Assembly (NCBI GenBank): GCA_025060085.1
Contig: JANXCM010000002.1
Coordinates: 1-43,691, forward strand
Length of the DNA: 43,691 nt
Direction of reading: 5' to 3'
Source: Patescibacteria group bacterium
GTDB taxonomy: Bacteria; Patescibacteriota; Minisyncoccia; UBA6257; HR35
The notes beneath the pieces are model-generated. The model was not told where the DNA came from and did not search any database. It saw only the letters and a program-made list of their open reading frames with translations. The stretch's first letter is position 1. Each line of letters begins with the position of its first letter. Position numbers and translations under genes: made by a program. Shown here in pieces: positions 19,406 through 28,229 of this stretch.

Positions 19406-21120
19406 AGATCATCATCAAAATTTATTTCCTCTAAACATGATACCCCCTCTAAGAGATTTTTTAAATCTATAAAATTTTTTGATTTTAATTGAAGATACAT
19501 TTGGTATCTTTTTTTAATCCGTGATATTCTTTCTAAAAAAGGACCTGTAATTTCAACTTCTTTTTTGCTTAATAAAATTCTTTTTTTTAAAAGATCTTTT
19601 AAGCTTAATAATCTTCTGTTTAATTCTTGAAGATTGCTTAATCTTGAAATTAATTTGACTTTAGAATAAAAAGGTGGAAGTTTATTTAATCTTCTTTCCT
19701 CAATAAGTTCTTTAATAATTATTCCATTTTTAATCTTATTCAAAATTTCTTGATTAAGTTTTGTTTGAAGAAATAATTGAGCTGAACTATTTTTTAATAA
19801 ATAGAGAAGATGAAGATATTTTTCTTTTAAAACTAAATTATCTGAAAAAAATGCTTTGTCGAAATTCATAAAAATAGTTTTAGGTGAAAAAATGTTTAAA
19901 ATTAACCAGCTGCCGATGATTACTCCTTTTTTATTTTTGAATTGTTTAAATTTTTTAAATTGAGATTCAGATTGGATTTCAAAAAAATTTATTTTTTGAT
20001 TATTTAGAAATTTTTTAAGCCATTCCTTTCCTATTTCTTTTATTATTAAATTAGAATTTTGGCACTTTGGACATAGAGCTGGAAAGGGATAATTTTTATG
20101 ACATTGAGGACAAAAAAGATTATTTTCATAAACTGTAAGATAATTTTGACAATTTTGGCAATCAAATTTATAGAAACAATTAGAGCAAATTAATCTTTGA
20201 GCTAGGTTTTTTTGAAGAATAAAAATTTTAGTTAGACGATTATCTTCTTGAATAATTTTTTTTAGCTGATTAATACTTTGAAAAGGAGTAAATTCAACTT
20301 TAGGATATTTTAATTGAGGAAATTTTAAATAGACAGAAAGAGTGTAAAAATCATCTGAATAGATAAGATAGCATTTTAACAATTTAGCTAAATCTTCAAT
20401 GATTTCAAGATAATTAATCTTTGGGTTTTTAAAAAATTCTCTATAAAGAGGACTGCCTTCTTTTAGAACAATTATTTTGTCTATATTTTGCCAAGGAAGA
20501 AATATTATTTTTTTTGAACCTAAAAAAATATTTTTTTCCGGAGAAACAATTAGATCAATATAACTTTTAAGATTTTTTAAATTTTTTAAATAAATTAAAT
20601 TAACTTTCTTATCTTTGTTTTGAAAATAAAAATTATCAGCTTCTCTTTGGGTAGGTAAGATAATAATCACCTTTTTATTATTTAATTTTTCCCAATTTAT
20701 TCTTTTCCAAATTTCTAATTTAAACTTTCTATTTACAACATTAATTTTTTGAGGCAGATTAAAATTGATATAAGTTTTAGAAAAATTAAAGAAAAGAGAT
20801 AAAGCAGATGATAAAGAGAGATAATATCGACGGCTAATTTTATAAGCTATTTTTTTTTGAATTTCACTAAAAATATCTTTTTCGGTAATAACATCTTTAA
20901 TACCTTTGATTTGATAATCAAGATTTTTGATAAGATATTTAACTTCTGAAATATGATTGGTTTTCCAAACATAACCTATTTTTTCTTTTTTACGAATTTC
21001 AATTTTTACTAAACTACCATGGGAAATTTTTTTTCCCGAAAAATAGAGAAAAAAATCAGGCGTTTGAGGGGGTAGCGGTTGCAGGGGTACTACTTTTAGG
21101 ATATAATTTTTTTGCTCCAT
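19402..21120 (-). CDS. priA: PriA-like primosomal protein N' homolog with degenerate helicase motifs
   Basis: Colinear with E. coli PriA by eye: an N-terminal 3'-DNA-binding-like region, the Cys-rich CSNCFYKFDCQNCQNYLTV...CPQCH...CPKCQ zinc region, ERRLNKLPPF, and a C-terminal ITGPF...KKRYQMYLQLK. Walker A and DEEH are missing. Confidence 0.65.
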   Translation of the reverse strand: MEQKNYILKVVPLQPLPPQTPDFFLYFSGKKISHGSLVKIEIRKKEKIGYVWKTNHISEVKYLIKNLDYQIKGIKDVITEKDIFSEIQKKIAYKISRRYYLSLSSALSLFFNFSKTYINFNLPQKINVVNRKFKLEIWKRINWEKLNNKKVIIILPTQREADNFYFQNKDKKVNLIYLKNLKNLKSYIDLIVSPEKNIFLGSKKIIFLPWQNIDKIIVLKEGSPLYREFFKNPKINYLEIIEDLAKLLKCYLIYSDDFYTLSVYLKFPQLKYPKVEFTPFQSINQLKKIIQEDNRLTKIFILQKNLAQRLICSNCFYKFDCQNCQNYLTVYENNLFCPQCHKNYPFPALCPKCQNSNLIIKEIGKEWLKKFLNNQKINFFEIQSESQFKKFKQFKNKKGVIIGSWLILNIFSPKTIFMNFDKAFFSDNLVLKEKYLHLLYLLKNSSAQLFLQTKLNQEILNKIKNGIIIKELIEERRLNKLPPFYSKVKLISRLSNLQELNRRLLSLKDLLKKRILLSKKEVEITGPFLERISRIKKRYQMYLQLKSKNFIDLKNLLEGVSCLEEINFDDDL

Positions 21121-21147
21121 CTATCTTAAAATAAATATTTTAAAAAA

Positions 21148-22152
21148 ATGCTAATAAAAATTGGAATTGATCTAGGAACAGCTAATACTACTGTTTATTT
21201 ACCTAATAAAGGTATTGTTTTAACTGAACCAACTGTAGTGGCAGTTGATGATTTAACTAAAAAAATTTTAGCTGTAGGTCAAGAAGCAAAAGAGATGATT
21301 GGTAAAACTCCAGGCGATATTAAAATTTATCGTCCCTTAAAAGAGGGTGTAATTGCTGATTATAAATCAACCCTCGCTATTTTAAAGTATTTTTTAGATA
21401 AAACTAAAGCAATAAAAATTTTTAAACCTCTTTTGGTAGTTTCAGTGCCAGCAGGTATTTCTTCTACGGAAAGAAAAGCTGTTATTGATGCTGCTTTGGA
21501 AGCAGGAGCAAAAGAAGTTTATCCTATTAGAGAACCATTACTTGCTTCTCTAGGAGCTGATTTGCCTATTAATTCTCCTACAGGTCAAATGATCGTTAAT
21601 ATTGGTGGCGGAACTACAGAAATTGCTGTAATTTCTTTAGGAGGAATTGTTAGTTGGGAATCAATCAGAATAGCTGGTGATAAATTTGATGAGTCAATTA
21701 GAGAATATTTAAGGAGAAAATTTAATTTAGCTGTTGGCGATCGAACGGCCGAAATGATTAAAATTCAAGTAGGGGCAGCTTTGATAAATAAAAATCATAA
21801 CTTAGAGATGAATGTTAATGGAATTAATATCTTAACTGGTTTACCAGTAACAGTCAAAATTACTTCTGCTCATATTGTTGAAGCTCTCCAAAGAGATTTA
21901 AGAGAAATTATTTTAGGTATTAAAAAAGTTTTAGCCAATACACCCCCTGAATTAGTAGCTGACATTATGGAAAAAGGTATTGTTCTTTCCGGAGGTGGTG
22001 CTCTTTTGAGAAATTTAGATCAATTGATTTATGAACAAACAGGTGTAGCCACTTTTGTAGCTGATGACCCTTTATATTGCGTTGCTCGCGGAACAGGTAA
22101 AATTATTGAAAAACTTGATATTTATCGCAGAATATTAATTTCTCATAAATGA
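21148..22152 (+). CDS. mreB: rod-shape protein MreB (paralog 1)
   Basis: IGIDLGTANTTVY, NIGGGTTEIAVISLGG, and GIVLSGGGALLRNLD. Confidence 0.95.
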   Translation: MLIKIGIDLGTANTTVYLPNKGIVLTEPTVVAVDDLTKKILAVGQEAKEMIGKTPGDIKIYRPLKEGVIADYKSTLAILKYFLDKTKAIKIFKPLLVVSVPAGISSTERKAVIDAALEAGAKEVYPIREPLLASLGADLPINSPTGQMIVNIGGGTTEIAVISLGGIVSWESIRIAGDKFDESIREYLRRKFNLAVGDRTAEMIKIQVGAALINKNHNLEMNVNGINILTGLPVTVKITSAHIVEALQRDLREIILGIKKVLANTPPELVADIMEKGIVLSGGGALLRNLDQLIYEQTGVATFVADDPLYCVARGTGKIIEKLDIYRRILISHK

Positions 22153-22940
22153 TTATCGGACATTCAGAACAAATAAAAATTATTTTAGATATTTTAAATA
22201 ATTACTCTAGGGGATTTTTTTTATTGTTCGGGCCAGAAAGCATCGGCAAATTTTATCTTTTGAAACATTTAACCATCGAAAGAAAACCATTAATTATTAA
22301 TTCTGAAGAGGTTATTTTGAAAATTAAAACATCTGAATTTATTCAAAAAATGATGTTTTTAAAAAATTTAGATAAGCAAATTATTATTATTAACGATGCT
22401 CATAAATTTAATAAAGAATCTCAAAATAAACTTTTAAAAATTTTAGAAGAAATTCCTAATCAGACTTTGATTTTTTTTATCACCCATAAACTTTATAAAA
22501 TTTTACCTACCATCCGTTCTCGTGCTCAAAAAATAAAATTTTCTTTACTTCCTGAAGATGAGTTAAAAAAATTCCTTTTCAGTCAAAATTACCCAGTTAA
22601 TCAAGTTAATTTTTTATTAAAAATTTTCCCAGGACAAATAGGTAAAATTATTTACTTTTTAAATAATAGAGAAAAATTAATTAATCTTCAAAAAATTATC
22701 AGTTCTTTAAATATTTTTGAAAAATTTCAAGCCTTTTCGAAAATAGAAAAAGAAATAACCTTAGAAGAATTAATCAATTATTTTATTATTTTTGAAAGAG
22801 AAAATTTGTTGAAGAAAAACTCTAAATCAATTAAAAAAATAAAGTATCTTTTATCTTTATACGAAGATAGTAATTATTTTTTGAGTAAGGAACTTCAATT
22901 TTCAAATATTGTTTTAAATTTATATGGAGCGAGCATTTAA
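22149..22940 (+). CDS. holB: DNA polymerase III delta'-like clamp-loader subunit
   Basis: LLFGPESIGK P-loop remnant, IIIINDAHKFNKESQNKLLKILEE, and SRAQKIKF (SRC-like motif). ATGA overlap with mreB. Confidence 0.75.
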   Translation: MIIGHSEQIKIILDILNNYSRGFFLLFGPESIGKFYLLKHLTIERKPLIINSEEVILKIKTSEFIQKMMFLKNLDKQIIIINDAHKFNKESQNKLLKILEEIPNQTLIFFITHKLYKILPTIRSRAQKIKFSLLPEDELKKFLFSQNYPVNQVNFLLKIFPGQIGKIIYFLNNREKLINLQKIISSLNIFEKFQAFSKIEKEITLEELINYFIIFERENLLKKNSKSIKKIKYLLSLYEDSNYFLSKELQFSNIVLNLYGASI

Positions 22941-23082
22941 TTTTTTAAGAATAATAATTTTTTTAACCATCTTAATTTATCTTGTTGGTTTCGTGATTTC
23001 AGATGAATTTTTGAATAATTTTATTAAAGAAGTTGGCCCTAAATTAGCTCCTTATGGTATAGAAATTCTTCACTTAAGATGA
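22924..23082 (+). CDS. possible 52-aa single-TM small protein (not in the track)
   Basis: ATG 22924; MERAFNFLRIIIFLTILIYLVGFVISDEF.... It fills the holB-frr gap, and its TGA overlaps the frr ATG (ATGATG). Confidence 0.3.
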   Translation: MERAFNFLRIIIFLTILIYLVGFVISDEFLNNFIKEVGPKLAPYGIEILHLR

Positions 23083-23621
23083 TGGATGAGTTTTTAAAAA
23101 AAATAAATTTAATTATTAAAGAATTTGAAGTAAAATTAAGAAGTATTAGAAGTTATAAATTTGCCCTTCATTGGTTAGAAAGCGTAGAAATAATTGCTTA
23201 CGGAAAAAAATACGAACTTAAATCATTAGCCAGTATTAGCCAATTAGATATTTCTAAATATAAGGTTACTCCTTGGGATGTTAGTATTTTAAGTGATATT
23301 GAAAGAGATTTAAGAAAGACTAATTTTGGGGGAAGCATTCAAAAAGAAAAAGAAAGTTTAATCATTTCTTTTCCGCCTATCACCGAAGAAACTAAAAAGA
23401 ATTTATTAAAAAATCTTAGTATTATTAAAGAAGAATTTCGGATAAAGATTAGAAGATTGCGTGATGATTTTTTAAAAGATCTAAAAAGCGAAAAAGATAG
23501 TAAAAAAATTAGCGAAGATTTTTTTTATAAAACTAAAGAAAAAATCGAAATTGAGGTCGAAAAAGCGAATAAAAAAATTGAAGAGTTATTTCAAAATAAA
23601 GAAAAGGAAATTTTATCTTAA
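23079..23621 (+). CDS. frr: ribosome recycling factor
   Basis: The length and the pattern (LRSIRS..., VTPWD, RRLRDD...) are typical of RRF. Confidence 0.88.
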   Translation: MMDEFLKKINLIIKEFEVKLRSIRSYKFALHWLESVEIIAYGKKYELKSLASISQLDISKYKVTPWDVSILSDIERDLRKTNFGGSIQKEKESLIISFPPITEETKKNLLKNLSIIKEEFRIKIRRLRDDFLKDLKSEKDSKKISEDFFYKTKEKIEIEVEKANKKIEELFQNKEKEILS

Positions 23622-23637
23622 CATTTTTTAAGTTTCG

Positions 23638-24693
23638 ATGTTAAGTATTATTTTATTTTTAATTGCTTTAGGTATTTTAATTTTTGTTCATGAATTAGGT
23701 CATTTTTGGGCAGCAAAAAAATTGAAAGTTCCCGTAGAAGAATTCGCTATTGGTTTTCCACCAAGATTAATAAGAAGGAAAATTGGTGAAACCTTATATT
23801 CTCTAAATTTAATTTTTTTTGGTGGATATGTTAAATTAAGGGGTGAAAATGATCCTTCTGATCCTAATGGTTTTTTAAATAAACCTGCTTGGATTAAAAT
23901 AATTGTTGTTTTAGCTGGTGTTTTTTTTAATTTAATTTTAGCTTATTTTTTATTTTCCTTTGGTTATTTAATTGGTTTACCAGAGTATTCTCCTCAATCT
24001 CAAAATGTTGTTATTCTTCAGACTCTACCTGAAAGTGTAGCCGAAAAGGCTGGTTTGAAAATGTTAGATAGATTAGTTTATTTAAAATATCAAAATGAAA
24101 TAATCTATTTTACTGAGGTTAAAAAAGTAAGAGAAATAATTGAAAATTATCGGGGTAAAGAAATTATTTTAGGTATTGAAAGAGCAAAAAAAATAATAGA
24201 AATTTCTTTGGTGCCTGAAATTAATAAAAATTTAAGCCCATTAGGAGTTCGCTTAGGGAGTTTAGATTTAATAAAACATCCCTTTCCCCTTAATTTCTAT
24301 TTTGCTTTAATAAAAACGAAAGATTCTTTTATTAATATTTTTATCGGATTAAAAGAATTTTTCTCAAAAATTTTTCAAGGAGAAAAAGAAGTCTTCAATG
24401 AAATTGTTGGTCCTTTGGGAATGTTTGATATTTATAATCAATTTCGATTATTAGGTTTTAATTACTTGCTTTATTTTTTAGCTATTGTTTCTATTAATTT
24501 GGTGATTTTAAATATTTTACCCTTTCCAGCTCTTGATGGAGGAAGATTTATTTTTTATTTTTACGAATTTTTAACCCAGAGAAAAATTTCTCCCTATTGG
24601 GAAAATATTGTTAATGGACTTGGGTTTATTTTCTTAGTAATTTTAATGATTCTTATTACTCTTAAAGACATCTCAGTTAAGTTTTTTAAATAA
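23638..24693 (+). CDS. rseP: RIP metalloprotease RseP (site-2 protease, M50) with PDZ domain
   Basis: HELGHFWAAK zinc motif, a central PDZ-like segment, and a C-terminal LNILPFPALDGG motif. Confidence 0.9.
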   Translation: MLSIILFLIALGILIFVHELGHFWAAKKLKVPVEEFAIGFPPRLIRRKIGETLYSLNLIFFGGYVKLRGENDPSDPNGFLNKPAWIKIIVVLAGVFFNLILAYFLFSFGYLIGLPEYSPQSQNVVILQTLPESVAEKAGLKMLDRLVYLKYQNEIIYFTEVKKVREIIENYRGKEIILGIERAKKIIEISLVPEINKNLSPLGVRLGSLDLIKHPFPLNFYFALIKTKDSFINIFIGLKEFFSKIFQGEKEVFNEIVGPLGMFDIYNQFRLLGFNYLLYFLAIVSINLVILNILPFPALDGGRFIFYFYEFLTQRKISPYWENIVNGLGFIFLVILMILITLKDISVKFFK

Positions 24694-24751
24694 AAATACT
24701 TAAAATTAGATAAAAGATAATTTTATTTAATAAATAATAAAAATTTTAAAA

Positions 24752-26011
24752 ATGAAGCAATCTGATCTTTTTTTTAAAACTTATAAAAAAATTTCAGAAG
24801 AAGAGGAAGCAAAAAATTCTCAATTTCTAATCAGGGCAGGGTTTATTGAAAAAGTGGGTGCAGGAATTTACAATTTTCTTCCTCTTGGTTTAATAGTTAT
24901 AGAGAAAATTAAAAAAATAATTAGGGAAGAATTAAATAGAATAAGTTGTCAAGAAGTTTTATTAGCTAATTTACATCCCCAAGAATTTTGGCAAAAGTCA
25001 GGAAGATTGAAAAAATTTGATGTTTTATTTACTGTCAGAGGACAAAGGGATAATCAGTATGTTTTAGCACCAACTCATGAAGAAATAATCTTTCCATTGG
25101 TAAAAAAAAATATTAATTCATATAAGGATCTCCCTGTGGCTTTATATCAAATTAACACCAAATATCGTGATGAATTAAGGGCTAAATCGGGTCTTTTGAG
25201 GAATAGAGAATTTATTATGAAAGATTTATACAGTTTTCATACTGATGAAAAAGATTTAGAGAGATTTAAAAAATTAATGGATAAAACTTACTTAAAAATT
25301 TTTAAAAGATGTGGATTAAAGGCTATTCCTACTTTAGCCAGCGGTGGAACTTTTTCTGAATTTTCCACTGAATTTCAAGTAATTACTGAGGCAGGTGAAG
25401 ATATTATTTATCATTGTCCTAATTGTAAATATGCTTTCAATAAGGAGATAATAGATGAAAAAAATAATAAATGCCAAAAATGTTTCAATAATTTGATAGA
25501 AAATAAAAGCATTGAGGTAGGCAATACTTTTAATTTAGGAACAAAATTTTCTGAAATTTTCGATGTTTTTTATTTAGACAAGAATAATCAAAAAAAATAT
25601 ATTTGGGCAGGCTGTTATGGTATTGGAATTACTCGACTTCTGGGAGCTATTGTTGAGGTTAATAGTGATGAAAAAGGAATTATTTGGCCTAAAGAAGTTT
25701 CTCCCTTTTTAGTTCATTTAATTAAATTGAATTATAGTGATAGTAAAATAAATAAAAAATTAAGACTAATAGCTGATAGAGTTTACTTAACTTTAAAAAA
25801 TAACAATATAGAAGTTCTTTTTGATGATCGAGAAAATGTTTCTAATGGTCAAAAATTTATAGAGAGTGATTTAATTGGTTTACCCTATCAAATAATTGTT
25901 GGTGAACATAGCCATTCTGAAAATTTAGAAATTAGATCTAGATTGATAAAAAAAATTCATAAATTAAAATTAAATAATCTAATAAAATGGTTCAATTCGT
26001 TAAACAATTAG
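24752..26011 (+). CDS. proS: proline--tRNA ligase, short form without the INS editing domain
   Basis: LIRAGFIEKVGAGIYNFLPLG, APTHEE, YQINTKYRDELRAKSGLLRNREFIMKD, and a C-terminal anticodon-binding domain. CPNC...CQKC replaces the usual insertion. Confidence 0.88.
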   Translation: MKQSDLFFKTYKKISEEEEAKNSQFLIRAGFIEKVGAGIYNFLPLGLIVIEKIKKIIREELNRISCQEVLLANLHPQEFWQKSGRLKKFDVLFTVRGQRDNQYVLAPTHEEIIFPLVKKNINSYKDLPVALYQINTKYRDELRAKSGLLRNREFIMKDLYSFHTDEKDLERFKKLMDKTYLKIFKRCGLKAIPTLASGGTFSEFSTEFQVITEAGEDIIYHCPNCKYAFNKEIIDEKNNKCQKCFNNLIENKSIEVGNTFNLGTKFSEIFDVFYLDKNNQKKYIWAGCYGIGITRLLGAIVEVNSDEKGIIWPKEVSPFLVHLIKLNYSDSKINKKLRLIADRVYLTLKNNNIEVLFDDRENVSNGQKFIESDLIGLPYQIIVGEHSHSENLEIRSRLIKKIHKLKLNNLIKWFNSLNN

Positions 26012-27003
26012 AATTAGGTATTGATCTTGGAACATCTAATACCCTTGTTTATCTTAAAAATCGAGGAATAATTTTTAATGAACCCTCTTATATTGTTTTT
26101 GATAAAAGAAATTCAAATATTATTGCTATTGGGCAAGAAGCTAAAAAAATGGTAGGTCGATCACCGCATTATTTAAGTGTAGTTAAACCGATTAATTTTG
26201 GTATTGTCACTGATTTCGAATCAACTACCAGTTACCTTAGTAAAATTATTCAAATTCTCAATAAAAAATATTTATTTCTTATCAAACCCAGAGCTATTAT
26301 TGGTACTCCCCTTAATTTAACTGAAGTTCAAATGAGAGGTGTTGTAGATGCTGGGATAGCGGCTGGTTTTAAGGAAGTTTATACTATTGAGCAACCATTA
26401 GCAGCTGCCTTAGGAGGGAATTTAGATGTCGCTGAGGCAAAAGGTTTATTAATTATTGATATTGGTGGTGGAACAACTGAAATTGCTGTTATCTCTTTAG
26501 GAGGAATTGTTGTCGGAAAAAGCGTCAAAATTGCCGGTGATCGTTTTAATTCCAATTTTTTAAATTACATTAGATTAAAATACAATCTTATTGTTGGTGA
26601 AAGCCAGGTAGAAGAAGCCAAAATAAATATTAGTTCTATTATAGGTAAAAATAATCTAGTTTCTTTAAGGGGCAGAGATGCTTTAACTACCTTGCCGAAA
26701 GAAATTCATGTTTCCAGTAGTGACTTAAGAGAAGCTTTAAATTCTCCCCTTAATGACTTACTTGAGGAGATCAAAGATATTTTAAATCTTACGCCCGCTG
26801 AGTTGATAGGTGACATTGTTAGTCGGGGAATTTATTTAACTGGAGGAGGAAGTTTAATTGATGGGTTAGCTGAATTTTTAGAAAAAGAATTGAATGTTAA
26901 GATTAACAAGATTGATAATCCTCTTCATTCAGTAGCGTTGGGTTTAGGAAAAATAATTGAAAACTTTAATTATTACAAAAAGTTTTGTTATACTCATTCT
27001 TAA
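25987..27003 (+). CDS. mreB: rod-shape protein MreB (paralog 2), first gene of the mreBCD-PBP2 cluster
   Basis: LGIDLGTSNTLVY, DIGGGTTEIAVISLGG, and GIYLTGGGSLIDGL. Its start overlaps the proS 3' end by 25 nt. Confidence 0.9.
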   Translation: MVQFVKQLELGIDLGTSNTLVYLKNRGIIFNEPSYIVFDKRNSNIIAIGQEAKKMVGRSPHYLSVVKPINFGIVTDFESTTSYLSKIIQILNKKYLFLIKPRAIIGTPLNLTEVQMRGVVDAGIAAGFKEVYTIEQPLAAALGGNLDVAEAKGLLIIDIGGGTTEIAVISLGGIVVGKSVKIAGDRFNSNFLNYIRLKYNLIVGESQVEEAKINISSIIGKNNLVSLRGRDALTTLPKEIHVSSSDLREALNSPLNDLLEEIKDILNLTPAELIGDIVSRGIYLTGGGSLIDGLAEFLEKELNVKINKIDNPLHSVALGLGKIIENFNYYKKFCYTHS

Positions 27004-27045
27004 TTTTTGATTTAACTTGAATTTTTTTTATAATAAATTTAGAAA

Positions 27046-27777
27046 ATGAAGAGGGATAAAAATTTTTTCATTTTATTTTTTTTATTTTCTTTCCTTTATT
27101 TTTCTCATTTTAATTCTACTTTTGCCGAAAAATATGAAAATATCAATCTTCTATCTTTAAATCTTCAATCCTATGTTAATCAGTTTAAAAATAAATTTAA
27201 AAAATTTTTTTTCTCATCGGAAGAAACTGAATATAAAGAAAAATACTACAATCTTTTAAGAAATATTGCTCAATTAAAATTAGCTGAACAAGAAAAAACT
27301 TTTTCGGAATCATTAGATCTTCTAAAAAAAAGATATCCTTCAGCAAGAGAAACTAAAGTATTTACAAATCATTTAGGTATAATTTATACTCAACCCTTAG
27401 AAAATATTGAAGAAAAAGCTTTTGCTGTTGATTCTAATTGGTTGCTTATAGGCAAATTTATTGAACGTAATGAAAAATATTTAAAAATAGTTTCCTTAAA
27501 TTATGTAGGTTTTCAGTTAAATGTTAGTAATTTAGATGGCGAATATTTAGGATTGGCTAAATCATCAGGTTTAGGTTATTTAATTCTTGATAGAGTTGAT
27601 CCTAAAGTTAAATTAGAGGAAGGAGATTTAGTTTTAACTACCGGCAATGATGGTATTTTTCCAGCAGGTTTTTTGGTGGGTGAAATAATTGAAATAGAAA
27701 CAAAGGGTTATATCAAAAAAGCCAAAATAAGACCATTGGCTAATTTTGAAAGTGAGAAATTAATAATTCTTCAATGA
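27046..27777 (+). CDS. mreC: rod-shape protein MreC
   Basis: Signal/TM segment, a coiled coil, then GDLVLTTGNDGIFPAGFLVGEI, typical of the MreC beta domain. Position after mreB. Confidence 0.8.
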   Translation: MKRDKNFFILFFLFSFLYFSHFNSTFAEKYENINLLSLNLQSYVNQFKNKFKKFFFSSEETEYKEKYYNLLRNIAQLKLAEQEKTFSESLDLLKKRYPSARETKVFTNHLGIIYTQPLENIEEKAFAVDSNWLLIGKFIERNEKYLKIVSLNYVGFQLNVSNLDGEYLGLAKSSGLGYLILDRVDPKVKLEEGDLVLTTGNDGIFPAGFLVGEIIEIETKGYIKKAKIRPLANFESEKLIILQ

Positions 27778-28184
27778 TCATTTTAGTCACTTTAATTTTA
27801 GATGTTATCATTAAACTTTTGTTTAATAAATTAATTTTTCTTGGGCTTATTATTTCTTTAATATATTTTCTTTATTCTAATAAATATTTTTTAATTTCAT
27901 ATTTTACTTCATCTCTAGTAAATGATGTCATTTTGATTCTTCCTTTAGGGTTTACTGGTTTCTATTTTGGTTTAATTTTACTTTTTTTTAAGTTTTTAAA
28001 TTTTTTCTTTTCTTTGGAAAAAGATTTGATTATTTTACTCTTAATGGCAATTAGTATTTTTTTATTTTCATCTTTTATTTGGTATTCTTATTTCAAGTTT
28101 AATTTAAATTTACATTTTTTTATTTCTATTTTTTTCAATCTTTTATTTATCGGTATTATCTATTTTATTTTCAAGAATACCTAA
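27774..28184 (+). CDS. mreD: MreD-like polytopic membrane protein
   Basis: Small, very hydrophobic protein in the mreD position, with an ATGA overlap with mreC. No diagnostic motif. Confidence 0.5.
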   Translation: MIILVTLILDVIIKLLFNKLIFLGLIISLIYFLYSNKYFLISYFTSSLVNDVILILPLGFTGFYFGLILLFFKFLNFFFSLEKDLIILLLMAISIFLFSSFIWYSYFKFNLNLHFFISIFFNLLFIGIIYFIFKNT

Positions 28185-28229
28185 AATTTAATAAAGAAAT
28201 TTCATTTATTAAATCATAAATAGCTTTGA

